Below are positions 24,661-38,629 of a stretch of 64,000 nucleotides of DNA, piece after piece; within the stretch, counting starts at the first letter, position 1; each line of letters opens with the position of its first letter. A program made the translations under genes and the position numbers. This DNA comes from Epiperipatus broadwayi (Eukaryota; Animalia; Onychophora): contig JAQFVV010000008.1 in assembly GCA_028023455.1 (NCBI GenBank), positions 16,306,001 through 16,370,000 on the forward strand, written 5' to 3'. Under the pieces are notes generated by a model. It saw only the letters and a program-made list of their open reading frames with translations, searched no databases and was not told where the DNA came from.

Positions 24661-27599
24661 TTATCTAAGATAACATTTATCAATAAAAGATTATAACGCA
24701 TGTTTCTAGAAGCATTCCTCTACTAAGCAGCAATATTATTTATACATTAATCTTACTGCCATAGAAGTAATTAATTGTATAAATCCTCATAGACTTTAAT
24801 ATACTTATAGTGATAAACAAAAGGGATAAACCTTATAAAATATTTCAAACTATATAATCATTTAAACTTATTATTTCAATATCTTAGGGTCTCTAATTGT
24901 AATAACTTAAGAAACTAATAAAACATGAAACATATAAACTATTATATTTAAATTATGGATAAATAATAACTAATATTAAGAATCTCTCATCAAAACAAAT
25001 TATACAGTAACTAAATCATGATATTGAAATTATAATATATATAATTTAAATTACATTACCTATAGAACCACTTTTTTTTAACTTGAGTTTATCTCTTCAG
25101 CAAATCAAATATATATATATAATAATAAATAAAAGCAAACATCTTTTATAACCTAAATTTTACTTAGTCTTTAAGAATTCCAATTATTTTCATCTTGGCA
25201 AAATCTTTTAGAATGTTTTTAAAAAAATAATTTAAAATTTTGGCACTTTAATTATAAAATCATGGAGAATGAAGAAGAATTATGTCTAGTAGAATAATAA
25301 ATGATAATGAAATTTTATCTTTTGAATCAATTCATTTATGTGGTAAAACTTTAAGAAAATCATAATACATTGTTTTTCTTCATTTGTATAGGTGTAGAGT
25401 AGATAATTACTAATTCCCTGAGAATAGCATTTCTAAGAAAATTGTTTATAAAAAGTAATTAATATTTTTTTTTATATTTATAAATAATTTTTATTAAGGT
25501 CATATAGTGAAATACAATCTATTAGTTTACATTGTTAAAATTTGTGTTATATTATTTAGTTATAATTTATGTTTAAAGTTACAATAGTCTAGAAGAGAAT
25601 TGTTATTATTGTGGAGATTGACAGCATGATGCAATCTGTTGCTAGGGATTTGGAAGAGTTTCCACATTTCATCAACAAGGAACTTAGAAAAGAGGGTTTA
25701 TTCCTTTCATTGATTTTTTTAATTGATTGAATAAAGAAAAGTTCTTCATTCAGATGAGGATGTGTATAAATTTTTTTGCATCTCACAAGCCAGATGAAGT
25801 ATGTGAAGAAAATTGATAGTCTTATGGAAGAGATGTCTGTAATTAATAATTTTTAAAACTGAGTTTAAAACAAATATTCTAAATGCATGTGTATATCATT
25901 TTTTTAAATATTTGCTTTAAACTATAGCACCAAATAACTTTTGATATATTAGCATTGACAAAATAGCTTACAATTTTCCATTTCAAAAACATCTTTAAAT
26001 TTCATTTTTTTAAATGCATTTTACTATGATGAATATTTTTCAGATGTTTTGTTTATTCATTAGAACAGTTGAGAGGTATGCACATAATTTTTTAAAATAT
26101 ATTTAAATAAAATATTATACTTTAATAAAATTAAATATATAAATCACAATGTTAGAACAAATATTTATATTACAGATATTAAAATAAATAATTATTTTAT
26201 TTACTGTTCTCACAATAATTGAGATTTTATTTAAAATAACTTTACCTAAATATTTTACAATAGTATTCCTTTATATTTAAATATCCATACACATTCACAT
26301 TTAATTGCATAAAAGTTTGTCACTATTGTAAAAAGTTTTACCATTATGTGTACACTAATATAAATATTGCTTTACTGATCCTATTTTAACTAACTTATCT
26401 ACATGTATATAATATTAAGTATTTTATTAGTGTATTGTCCCCCCCCCTCCTTTTTTTTTCTTTTTAAAGCTATCTTTGGATTGTTATTAAAACTAAGTAA
26501 AAAATCCCGATATTCCAAAACTGTTACAAGAATGCAAGGAAGACATATTGGATTTATTTTTTAAATTTTTCTTTATACAGTAAATTTAAGATATTATTTT
26601 TGTAATAAGCCAATAAAAATTTTGAAGTTATATTTATTATTATTATTTTAGAGATACCAAATAATCATTACAAAGGCAAGGATAATAATAATAAAATGGA
26701 CTGTTCCATTTTCATGTGATGTGAAATACAGACTATGTAAACCCAGCATAAGAAGACATAACTGGTAATATTGTAAGAAAAAACCAATCCATATAAAATT
26801 AAAATTGACAAATCGCATTTCAAGAAATTATAGTTTAATTTAATATGTTTATATTTCCTTATTTTGTAGGAATAATAAATAAAGTCCTATTAATATTAAT
26901 ATTCGTAACAGTAAAAAAATATTCTTAATTCTTCACCATTTTCACATCCTCTTATATCAGCGTCCTCATGTCTTAGTTATCACCAGCCCTGCCAACATGT
27001 GTAGAAAATACTAAAAATAAAGCACCGATGATAAACATATCTAGAGAAATCAAGATAACAATTAAGACCATATAGCTTTTTTTTTGATCACATATCTGGA
27101 TGTCAATGTATTTAGATTTAGATCAAAGATTCTATACTGATAAGTCTTTCTATTTACACAAATGTTAAAGTAAAGATTTGTAGAATGCATTCATAGTCAA
27201 TTATATGAACATTAAATTAATTTTATCAGTCCTTGCACTAGTGTCTAAGAATGAGAATTTTTATATTCTGCAATGACTTAAAAATATATATGCCACATCA
27301 TTATGAGCTTTTGCTTATATAGCAATATTATATAAATGTGAAAACAAAAACTTCCAACCAATATTTAAAAACAATTATAGATTTAAAATATATTTAGGTA
27401 TTGATGACTTTTGTTATGTCTATTTGACAAGTTATTAAAGATTGTTTTATATGCTGTTGATAATCAATTTCTTGTAACATAGACAGTACGATGAAAAAGT
27501 AATACTGTCTATAATAGTATTTTCTGCATAGCCATTTATGTAAATCATTCCATTTCTGATTTGTTTTCTGGATAATTATATTTTGAGTTAATCTGCTTA

Positions 27600-28800
27600 A
27601 ATTAAAAATAGAAAAAAATCTAATTCTTTTTACAGATTACCTTGGTGATGATAAAAAAATATTAGTGAAGAACTGTTCAAAATTTGGTGACACAATAATT
27701 ATCTCTAGACTGATGTAGTAAAACTTGCTTAATACTGCCAATTCTGCAATCTACTTAAGAATTTAAACTATTGCTGTAAATTGAAATGAAATTTAGCCAC
27801 TTTTTATATACTAAGCTAATCCTTTTAGTAATTAGAGCATTTTGGATATAATCAATACGGCTATTTGAAATAATAATTTCTAGCTCTTTTGAGGTAAATA
27901 CATATTTAATATTACACTTGCAGAGTGCTAAATAAATTTAATATTTTGGAATTATATTATTATCATTAAATTTAATTCATTATCTTGGGTATTGTCAACA
28001 TCTAAATTCAAAATAAATGAAAATAAATCCATTTTCATTTATTTTCATTTACAACCCAATAATCATATATGGAAAGCAGATTTAGGTAATAGACAACTAT
28101 GAGGCAAAACTCCAATGCACAGAAATATTTAAAATAACCTTATTCATTGTGGCCTTAATTTATATTCAAAAGACATATCTATTTGAGCTTCACTTTCATA
28201 GTTGCTAATGTCTATATCTGTTTATTATATATAAACCTCAGACTACATATAAAAATGAATACCTTTCTGTATGCTTAGCAGTTAGACATTATAAAATTAA
28301 ATTTAGAGTTGTTGAAAATTCATCACTCCAAAATATTATATATTTGCATCTAATCTTAAGGATGCTTTTACTGTACCAATGCACAATTATAAAAGATTTC
28401 ACAAATTTTCATAAAATATCATCTGCTACACGAAAACTATTTTCATGACTTTCATTAATTGATGAGTGCTTTTCAGAGATTCAATGGTCTTTAATGAATC
28501 AAGAGTAACTATAGATTTGATCTTGATTGCCAGGAAGATGCAAGAAATATATGATTTATATATTTTACTTATTGACTTGGTGAAGACTCGTATTGAAATC
28601 TTTAAAAATACAGATCTATAAAATATTTATTCATTTTAGAAAGTCAATAAGTATAAAATAAACAAACAATTACAAATCTGTTATAGATATTGTCTAACTA
28701 TGGTAATATGACATTGATGATGCATGGAAAAACAAATTTCTTCATCTTAAATAATGACATTTATAATTATTGTTCAAGTATAGCAGGGAAAGAACATATA
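27600..28800 (+). mobile_element. RTE-type LINE RT remnant, highly degenerate
   Basis: Fragments LGDDKKILVKNCSKFG (about 27650) and FRDSMVFNESRVTIDLILIARKMQEIYDLYILLIDLVK (about 28470-28590) correspond to the G-x-D...E and F-R...T-x-D-x-I-F...F-I-D-x-x-K-A-F-D blocks. Confidence 0.5.
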
Positions 28801-29739
28801 AATATTTAGACTACAATTTTGCTGTGCTAAAGCTTTTTAAGAACAGATTTGATAGAAGAGCATTTTTGTTAATAGAATTTATTTAATATGCTTAAAATAT
28901 TTACATTAATAACATTTTAATTGTATTTTGAATTATGTTTTTATACAATTATCAAGACATAAAAAGTAGTTTTTCTTTCATGGATTTAATTTTATGTAGT
29001 TTTGTGCATTGATAAAATGACAACTTAAGGGTATAATGGTTACTGAATTAAAGATAATCCTGTCACTTCGTATACTTAAACATCATGATCTCCTCATTAA
29101 CTATTTGTTTTAATTTAACAAAAAAATTTCTATCAAAAAAGTTTATTAACAAACTTTTATCTACTGTTTCATCTTCCAATGCAGTATATCCATCATCATC
29201 ACTATCTAAAAAAATATAGATAATATATATATATATAGTCTTGTTATGAGTTATTCATAAACAATCACTTTCAAAAAAAAAAAGTAAACAATAAATAAAT
29301 ATATATATGCTTTATATGATTTCTGTTGTAATACATCTTAGATTTTAAAGATAAAATACTGGACTTTGAATAGAGAATCATTTTGTTATAAAGAATTGTT
29401 GCTTACGCATTTAACATTTTATTTCCCAATATAGTGAAACTGGTTGGGTTACATGGCATATAGCAACACAGTTGTGTGTATGCATATATATAAAGTAAAG
29501 GAAAAGTAGAAATAAACAGACATAAATTTTAGTACATATTTTTTACTTTCCTGGAATAAAAATAATAAATAAAGGGTTAAATAACTCTCAATTTAAAACA
29601 GAATTTTATTATTAATTAAAACATTTTAAAAGGTCTAAATAAATTATTATTATTCTGATTATCTATGTAACAATTTCTATTATCTATTTTGAAATCTTTT
29701 TAATTAATAAAACTGATAAAATTTCCAAAATGTACCTTT

Positions 29740-30890
29740 TAATTAAAAGTGCTTTTGGAGGGATTAAAATTGGTTTTAATAAAGACAGATTGAAAACAGT
29801 TGTTGCATTTTTATAACCTCAAGAGTAAAAAGGATTAGAGAGATTGAAAACAGTCTGCAATGAGTTTTTATCACCTCCAATCCAAGTCTATAAAAAGGCT
29901 GGGTAAAAAAAAATATTTTAGTCTGGATAGTAGTTTTTGAAAAGAGAGCAGGCTAATATTTTTGTAAGAATTAGCTGCAGTTTATTGGTAACTGTAGTAG
30001 AGTGGCAACAGTAAAGCTAGCTGCAGAGATGGTTAGAATTATACAGAAAACTGCCATGAAGATATAAGAATTCAAGGAAGCAGAGGTTTATTAATTTACT
30101 ATGCTGGAGTTTTGATTCACAAGAAGGCAGGGTTACTTCAAAATGGATCAATTAGCTTGTACAAATATGTTCTAGAAGAGTTTTCTGGCTAGACCTAAGG
30201 GAACTGATTAAATGCCAAACATTTTGCCTGAATTATACCTTCCTGATTATGACAATCCTGGACTTACCTGTCTCACCAAGAGAAACACAGATAAATGTAT
30301 ATACAATGTTGAGTAGCATTATTATATAATGAGAATGAAATTTTAAATAATTTCTTTGGTAAAAATGACATTTAAAAATCTATATATTTCAAAAGATAAT
30401 AAGTAAATAATTTTGCTTGAATTGAATTAAAATCTAAAAGTAATGATTGAGTAATGCAAAATTTATTTTGAAAAAAAAAAGAGGACTTCAAAAATCTTTT
30501 TTAAATTAATTTAAAGATATAATTAATTAATTGAGAGTATGAGGTCATAAAAAAAAAATTTTGAGTTACCTGTCAAAAAATTGACTTTATTTTTTTAAAA
30601 AAGGAAAAAAGAAAATACTTTTATTGAATAAAAAAAAAAGACTAATTAATAATATTAATTCATATCATCTATATGTTTATAGATACACATGTATGTGTGA
30701 ATTTTATGTATAGTTTTCACATGAAATTAATTATGAAATATATTAATAATTTTTATTATTATTAAATGTCAATTCAAACATGCTCATTTTATATCAAGCC
30801 ACATGCCTGTGTGCTGAATGGGTTTTAAGTAAACCTAATGGAACATATATGTAAAACAATATAATATATTGAACTTTGTATATTAATCAG
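29740..30890 (+). repeat. Dispersed repeat family A, copy 2
   Basis: Collinear with about 1900-3200 (see copy 1). 29430-29490 also matches about 230-280 (atggcata..caaca..tgtgtatgcatatata). Confidence 0.7.
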
Positions 30891-30939
30891 GAAACCATAA
30901 TGTATTTTTTTTTACTATTGTATGTTAATCAGCTTTAAT

Positions 30940-31267
30940 GTATATTAAATCCAAATATTCAATGCTGAAAAATGTTGAAGATGCTTTACATCCAGCAATA
31001 TCAAATATTTCACCAAGATTTAATTTGTTATGCAGCAAAAAATAAGTGCATCCGTCTCATTAAAACATGATTTTCTTTCATAAATTTTTGTATCCTTAAA
31101 ACAAATCCTAAAACTATTTATTTTCATATGTATATTGTTTACCAAAGAAATAAATTAATTATGGGAATATTTATTTCTATATCTATTTTATATTTAATAT
31201 CTGGGGGTCACAAAAAAATCTCGATGATAAAAAGTGATCATGAATGGAAAAAGTTTAAGAAGCGCTG
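30940..31267 (+). mobile_element. hAT-Charlie 3' end (transposase C-terminus and right terminal inverted repeat)
   Basis: Reads KSKYSMLKNVEDALHPAISNISPRFNLLCSKK*VHPSH*, the Charlie-type C-terminus ending in H-x-S-H. The element ends aaaaagtttaagaagcgctg, the reverse complement of a Charlie-type CAG..TTCT.AAAC terminus. Confidence 0.75.
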
Positions 31268-32059
31268 GTATAAGACAAACTAAATACTATAAATAATAGA
31301 AATTATTTCAAATGAGAATTTTAGACTAGCTGTAGATATTGGCACAAAAATAGACCTAGAATAATTTCAAAAACCATAGATGAAATTCAAAAATTTTAAA
31401 AATTCATAGGATGAGATTTAAAAAATGACAAAAGAAAAATGAAAAATTGTTAGAAAAAAGAATTATAATAAAAGATCAACTTATATTTATCCAGCCTTAT
31501 TTATTTGACAAGCAGTACTGAGAATGAAAACACTAGCATTATTACTGCAAAATTAATAACCATATACAGTTAAATTCACCCTTTTCTCTTACCAAAAACT
31601 TGGAATTAGATATACCAACACAATTTAACTTAATAACACTTTAATTTATTTATTTTTTACAATACCGTTTGTAAATAAATTATCATTTCAATTCCATGAA
31701 TAAAATACACATATAATTTTTAAAAATAATTATATAAAAGAATATTTGAACTTTTCTTATTTAAAAAAAGGATAAAAAAAAATTCTATGATTAGTTGCTT
31801 GAAATGTCATGACATTCATGCTTCTTAGTAGAAATGAGTACAACAATTCCAGTGAAAAGATTGAACTGAATTTTTATTATTATTATATTATTTAACAAAG
31901 AATCTATTCCGAAACTTTTAGCTGACTCTACCAGAGGATAATAAAAATAAAAAAATATTTCAATTTTATAATAATTAAATTTTTAATAAATACATTTTAC
32001 TTATTTAAGTGTATTTGATAAGCATATACATATATAGAAAGGGGGACCCAAAAATAATC

Positions 32060-32880
32060 AGAATCATTCTCTGGTTTGCATGCCTGCTTCTGCTGTTACA
32101 TTTTTCTTGCAGGAACCCTTCTGAATCAATCTACCAAATGACATCATCAGGTAAAATGGTGATGCCACATAATACATTTTTTTTGTAAAATGCGTTTCAT
32201 GTATTTGTCAATTTTTTTATAATGATTGAAAAGTTCGACAACGTGAAATTGTTTTCATTTACAGAAAATGACAAGAAAAAAAATTGTAATACTCAAAAGA
32301 GATTATAAGCAAACTGATCTTGTAGAAACATAACTTTAAGATAGGTTTAATTGGAATGTTAAATTTACCCACGTCCTAAAAAGCATCACAAGTGAAATCC
32401 AAAGTCAAAACAATGCTGATTTTTTTTTTTTTGATACAAACTATATTTTTCTCTCAAATTTAGTTTGTAATGGTTGGGCATTTTATCTGCAAGTTCTGAA
32501 TTTTTTTTCGTGATGCAATAAAACAGAAACATCCAGTTTGTGATAAAGAAATGAGTGCAAACTCCACCCCAACAAAATATCATTTCTCAATGCCTTGAAT
32601 GTAAAACAGTTTTTAATTAAATATAGCATGACTCAGTTTATCTATCAGCCATTTTCACTAGATCTCACTTTGTGCAATTTTTTTTAAATTTCTTGAATGA
32701 AAAAATGTTCTCTTTTTTTTTTTTTTGTGGACTTAGAACTGGGAAGAAAAATGACAGATGCATTTAAACACATCACTTTGCAAGAATTTCTTGACTACTT
32801 TAAAAAATGACAAACAGGTTTAGATCGGTGCATTGCCTTGAATAGACTACACTTTTTAAAGCAATTCACTAAAAGTAAAT
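32060..32880 (+). mobile_element. Mariner transposase remnant (catalytic region to 3' end)
   Basis: Reads PKKASQVKSKVKTMLIFFFD, FYLQVL..RDAIKQKHP and GLDRCIALN, the typical mariner K-x-M-L-x-x-F-F-D, Y-x-x-V-L and C-terminal R-C-I-x-x-x-G motifs. Confidence 0.75.
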
Positions 32881-33323
32881 ATACAATTTTTTATTACAAA
32901 ATTCCAGTTATTTTTGAGTACTCCTATGTGTATTAATTCATAAAATAAAGTCAAAAAAAATCATTTATTATATATATGTAAAAAACTTGCCTAAACAATT
33001 TTCTATGTATACTTAAATATATGCTTATTACAGTTAGATATGTACATAGGCATAAAATAAAAAAATAATCGAGAATTCTATTTAACTATAAACATAGTTT
33101 CTAATTATTATACCAAGTGTTGAACAAACATGCCTTTTTTTCTTTCTCTTTTCTATCCCAGATGATTTGATGACCTCTCCTTTTCTCCTTATTCAAAATG
33201 TTAGTTTTTTTCTAGTTTCTTTTTTTTTTAGTTATATTATTCTATTTATATATATGCATTTATAAATAATCTTAATAAAACAGCACATAGTGACAAAAAT
33301 TATTATAAAATCAAATAAATTAC

Positions 33324-34781
33324 CTTTATAAAGTGAAGATAATTCCTTAACTGAGGTCTTCTGTGTTTTAATCAAGCAATTATTTTTTTGATTTATTACA
33401 TTTAAGCATTCTTTTACATGGATATGGCAAAAATTTATTTTTGGTTTACTAATAGAATATTTTTCTGTAATAATTTGAGAAAGACAGTCATATAATTCAG
33501 ATATTGTTAATCTAATATTTTGTCGTGGACCACATAGGATTAATTTGTTTTCTGAAGTTTTAATAGTAATGTCATATTTTTCCTGCAATACTTGGAATTC
33601 ATTTTTGTAATATTTCACAAGAAAGTTACCAAAAGATTCAAATGGTTTGAGAAAAAATGTTACTTCCCCAAAAAAAGTTTCTTCTAAAATGTTTTCTAAT
33701 TTCTTGAGTACTAATCCAATATTAAAATTGGTAAAAAATATTATTTTTATTACATTATCTACAAATGTAATATTTACCTTATTTTTATGACTTTTATTTA
33801 AATCTTTAATCAAATTTACCAATATTATTTGGAATTGTCCATTTAAAAATTTTTCTATCACAAAAATTTTCATTTGTTTAATTGAATTTTGGATAATCAT
33901 TTCAGCTTTGTCAACTGATTCTTTTGTATCAGAAATTATCACAACTGTGTTTCGTTGAAAGAAATCAAAAACAGCAATAATTGAAGACAATTTAAATTGA
34001 GTGTCAATATATATATGACAAGATTTACTTTTTAAAAGACTCCATTTTTCTTCAGAAAAGACTATATTTGAATTAGCCAATTTGGAATGTTTACTTTGTA
34101 ACATATCAACAGCAGATATTAAAACCATTTTCTCACCTTCAAGAATAATTCTACCTTTGTCTTCTTCTACAACAGTTTTTACATTCATTGCAGTTAAATC
34201 AGATATTATATTTTGTAATAAGAGAAATTTAATTTCAAGTGGTGTGAATACAACTTCTTTTTTCTCTTTTTGTAGATAAGAATTTATCAAATAATTGGTA
34301 GAATCCACACTATCTTTCTGGCCCACAATATTTATTGTTTTCATTTTTTCAGTGATGTTTAAAACAACATTGTCAGGCAATTTAATACATTTTATAAAAT
34401 TTGTAATTGATTCAAAATGGTTTTTATTAATGATCAGGGAAGAATGCTTATAATTACTTAAAAATGTTTTAATTTGTTTTAGTATATTTTTTTCCCATTC
34501 TAAATCTTGACATTTTGTAAGATATTTTCTAACAACTAATTTTGTTTCATCAGAACATAATAAATCAAGTTCACCATTATTTTGATGTAATATATTTTTC
34601 AAATCTTCCAAATGTGATGTGTGATTCATAATATAGTTCAAAATTGTTGATTCTACTTTAGTTTCACAGACATATTTTCTCAAAAGATCAACATGTTGAT
34701 AGCCTATGCATGAGTGGAAAGATGACACTTGCATTACTTGACCTAATAATACATGCTTGTTTTTGATCACCTGAGGTATAA
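33324..34781 (-). CDS. PARP14: PARP14-like large exon: RRM C-terminal strand plus about 5-6 degenerate KH-like repeats (1458 nt, phase 1-1)
   Basis: Core of the 521-aa ORF 33232..34797. Acceptor ttgtttcag ends at 34782 and donor AAG|gtaatt is at 33323. It starts with the RRM tail (VIKNKHVLLGQVMQV). Repeated KH-like C-terminal motifs include NIVGQKDSVDST, IILEGEKMVLISA, VIISDTKESVDKAE and LILCGPRQNIRLTISEL. A single very large KH-encoding exon is typical of PARP14 genes. Confidence 0.88.
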
Positions 34782-34999
34782 CTGAAACAAAAAACAAAAA
34801 CTTTTTGTTAAATCAATAAAACAAAAAAAAATAATAAAATTTAAAAAACATATTAAAATAATAAAAAAATCATCAATTTATGGATGTATTTATCAAAATC
34901 TTGCTTACTAAGATTATCTGTTAATTTTTTCAATTTTTTTTTTCTCCATCCATATTCTTTTCATATTTTTTTTATAATTCTCAATCTTTATATAAATGC

Positions 35000-37900
35000 C
35001 AAATCTAGTTTGCATTCTTAATTTTCACAATATTATTTGGATAATGGAATGAAGACAGCCATCTCAAGATCCAATCTCTAAATAGTATGCATTAGTGTGT
35101 GAAATTAATGTTTTATTTGTTAAATGAATATTCCTTCTTTTGATCAATTCCTGGTTAAAAACAGCAAATTATAAAATTACACATCAAACTTATTAATTTG
35201 AACTTTATGATATTAAAGAGAATAGTTATGACCAAACTACAAAAACAAGATGTTGGGCTCTTGAAATGAAATAAAACTAAATGATGATGAACACTTCAAG
35301 CACCAGAGATACTCTATAGACAGAACATTTTTTTAAACTAGAAAGTGCAATAAAAGTATTTCCAACTAAACACTGACTACAGATTAAAACTGAAAATACT
35401 CTACAAATTATATGAAGCATATGGATGTAATGCAATTTAGAAGAGTCAACATTTTTTTAAAAATAAGCATCTTCTTAAAATTGCTTGACTTCACAATGCT
35501 TCTTGATAGAATGCATACTAAATTTGATTGGCAAACTGTGTTTCAAACTATTGACAAAAGTAAATAACTTCTATGGAATATAATTCAAATGATAAGCTTT
35601 CACCATATAGATAGATAATCATTAAGAATTAAAATTTGTTTCAAGATTTCCAATACTTGCTGTTCCGTATTTGCCTGCATCTCCTATATTTATGAAGTTC
35701 CAATACTCAAAATAGCCTTTGGGGATAAGCACTGAAAATAAAGAAAGTTTTAAAATGAATGGCTTTGAACAATATGCAAATTATATAAATTTAAAATAAC
35801 AAATAAGTAGGAGCATTCCATTTAGATAGATAGGTTACAGAGACAATTCTAATTTATGATTTGTTTCAGCAAAAATTATTTCATTGCTGCCTATTGATCT
35901 ACTAATATTGAATTATTTCTCCCATGGGTGACATAAACCAAATCTTATCTCTCCCATAATTAAAAGCCATCCAGTACCAAGATAAAATTTTTAAAAAACT
36001 AATGAACTGATATACTGAATATTATGAAAGAAATATTGATAGAATTCCAAACATTCCCATTACTATGATAGATTTAATTAATTCATCTTTACACCTATCA
36101 AAATATACATCTATCAATTCATTCCAGAATAAAACAAAACTCAAATGTCTTTTATAATCAGAAATTACTGATAAACATATAAAATCATTTTATAATTCAG
36201 GAAAAGAAAGATAATTAATTAAATGGGCTATTGTTTGGAATTCATAAGTTCTGAATACAAGAAGAGATAGAGTAGGACCCATGATCCATGAAATTTAAGA
36301 TCCAATCTGCCATTCAACTACTGTATTAAGTCAATTAAAACAAAAAAGAAAATACATCTAAGCAAAAACTCTAATCATTTTTATGAAGATTAGTAGTTGT
36401 AAAAGCATATCTAAAAAAACTATCATTGTCACTTTCAAATTAAAATTTAAAAGAAATAAAAAAAAAATATTAATACTCCTCGAATCTCAATGTAACAAGG
36501 CAAGTAGTTAATGATTAATGTGAAGCTGCCTTTCAGCTTAAATTAAAAAGCTCCAGAAGTGGTCAGCATATTTCCAGAGTTTCCAAATAATTAGAATCTA
36601 AAGCCAAAGCATAGGTGACAAAACTATTCAGCAATATTACTGACGCAAAAACTATTCCTAAAATTTGGCAAAAAAAAAACAAAAAAAATAGCAAATTGAA
36701 AACAATGCTCCGAAAAATTATTGCTTCATATCGTTGTTAGATGACACATCAAATTATTTGAAAAAATAGTATTAACAAGAATTGCACCAATAGTTAAGAA
36801 TCATTTATCTTTAGATAAATCCTCAAAAATAACCAATCACAAATAAGAATACACTTAAATCTTATTTACATTAAGTGGGTTTTATTAGCTTTATTTTAAA
36901 GTTTGAAAAATAAAATACATATAATTATTAAATAATCCTTATAGTTAATATTTTGGTCTATTTTCATAATGAAGTGAAATTGTTAAATTTTTAGAAAAAT
37001 TCAAATTTTAATATTTTTCTAAATACATTTAAGCATTAGTAATAATAATTCAATATGTTATTACTTACAATTAAATGTATCAGTAAAAATATAAATGAAA
37101 TCTGAATTTTTCTAAAACATTTAATAATTTCAGTGTAGAAATAATCCTACAAACTACAGACAAATTATTAAATAAAATGCTTTTTATAGTCGATAAGTAC
37201 AAATATAATTTAGTTCGTTTAATGTAATAACTGAAATACAGACTTATAGCACAGACTTTCACACCACCTACCACTCACCACTCTATCTACTAAATTGCTT
37301 AGTTTTACTTTTAACAATTCATACTGAAAAAGGCTTACAAAATGCACTTATGTTATCTTTACTGATTTAATATCAGCATGTGTTGGAAACTTCTAGAAGT
37401 CTTTGTAACCTTAAATGTAAGAAACCATTAATTTACTTGACAAGTTGCTCTTAAAAAAATCAAGTGACATTAAATTACAATCATAGCAGTTATAAAATTC
37501 TATATAATGATATCCCACAGAATTTAGTTCTCTCATTTATTTTATTTTATTCATTCGTGATCTTCCAAAAATAAAATGCATAAATTTATTTATGCTGATA
37601 TCATTGCTCTAATTTCACAAGACATCCTTCCCATAAATAAAAAATTATTTTAATAAAAAAATAAAAAGTTTAACTATTCATCCAAGCAACAGGAAAGCAT
37701 TTCACAAACTGAATATAATCTTTTGCAACAAGCTTAACATATAATTCTCCTAAGCCACATGAGAATCACCTTGGAATGTAGTCTAAGTTATTTCTCTCAC
37801 CCAACAAAGATTAGATCTAAAATAAAAACTAGATGCTACTATTTTGGTTATGATGTACATATTTTAAGAACAGCTTCCTTAGCTCAAGAATATTATACTA

Positions 37901-38400
37901 ATGAATACTATCCTTTATTTGGAGAAAAAGTGTTCATATTAAGCTTTTAGATACACAGTTAAATGTTGCCATGGTGCATACTCAAGACTACCTCCTAGCA
38001 ATGGCTTTGTGTCCTTTCACATATTCCTTCACCAAAATCAGAAGTCAAGTTGCCTTATAGAAAATTAATCAAAAGTTATTAAGTAAATCAGACATATCAC
38101 CAGCCCAAGATACAATTTTACTACTTATGATATACTTTAAGATTATCTTTCTGAATGCTCAACTAAAAATATTTTTAAATGATTGAAGAATGATAGTATG
38201 AGAAATACATTTCTTATGAGTACCCCCAATTTTTTTTTCCCAAATCCAATAGTAAAACTAGATAGAATTGATTCTTCTTTTATGTTAGTAGAATTCTATA
38301 GTTGCTGTTAACATTCTCTGATTAATATCATAGAGACCAAATACGCAACATGACTAACATAATTAATGACAGTTAAATTTAAGTCTATAGTGTTAGATTT
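35000..38400 (-). mobile_element. Possible L1/Tx1-like LINE RT remnant, very degenerate
   Basis: Only scattered motif fragments (for example FNISRSIG at about 35920-35890) in purine-skewed sequence. No long frame. Confidence 0.3.
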
Positions 38401-38486
38401 GAAGAATTTAATAAAGGCAGTAGTGAATTTATCTTCTAGTTTTTTTCAAATTTTTCTAATAATTGTTAATAGTTAACTATCTAAAC

Positions 38487-38629
38487 AAAAATTCATATGC
38501 TAAATACATAAATAAATAAATATTTTTTTCATTTATTTTTTCAATACTTCAATATCTAAAAAATTCATATGCTAAATACATAAATAAATAAATATTTTTT
38601 TCATTTATTTTTTTAATACTTCAATATCT
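38487..38629 (+). repeat. Direct tandem duplication, about 72 bp x2
   Basis: aaaattcatatgctaaatacataaataaataaatatttttttcatttatttttt(c/t)aatacttcaatatct occurs twice, offset 72 nt. Confidence 0.9.

Noticed and set aside
25589-25830. Protein-like fragment on + (VIIVEIDSMMQSVARDLEEFPHFINKELRKEGLF)
   Set aside because: Short, frameshifted and not assignable to a family from memory. Probably transposon debris, so not listed as a feature.
30240-30300. Strong minus-strand donor CAG|gtaagt at about 30268
   Set aside because: It lies in repeat family A, with no usable acceptor or macrodomain-like frame upstream.
33232-34797. 521-aa ORF taken as a complete single-exon gene
   Set aside because: The first residues (MFFVS) lie in the polypyrimidine tract and acceptor, and the hydrophobic tail (NLFDFIIIF...) is read-through past the GT donor at 33323. 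It is an internal exon.
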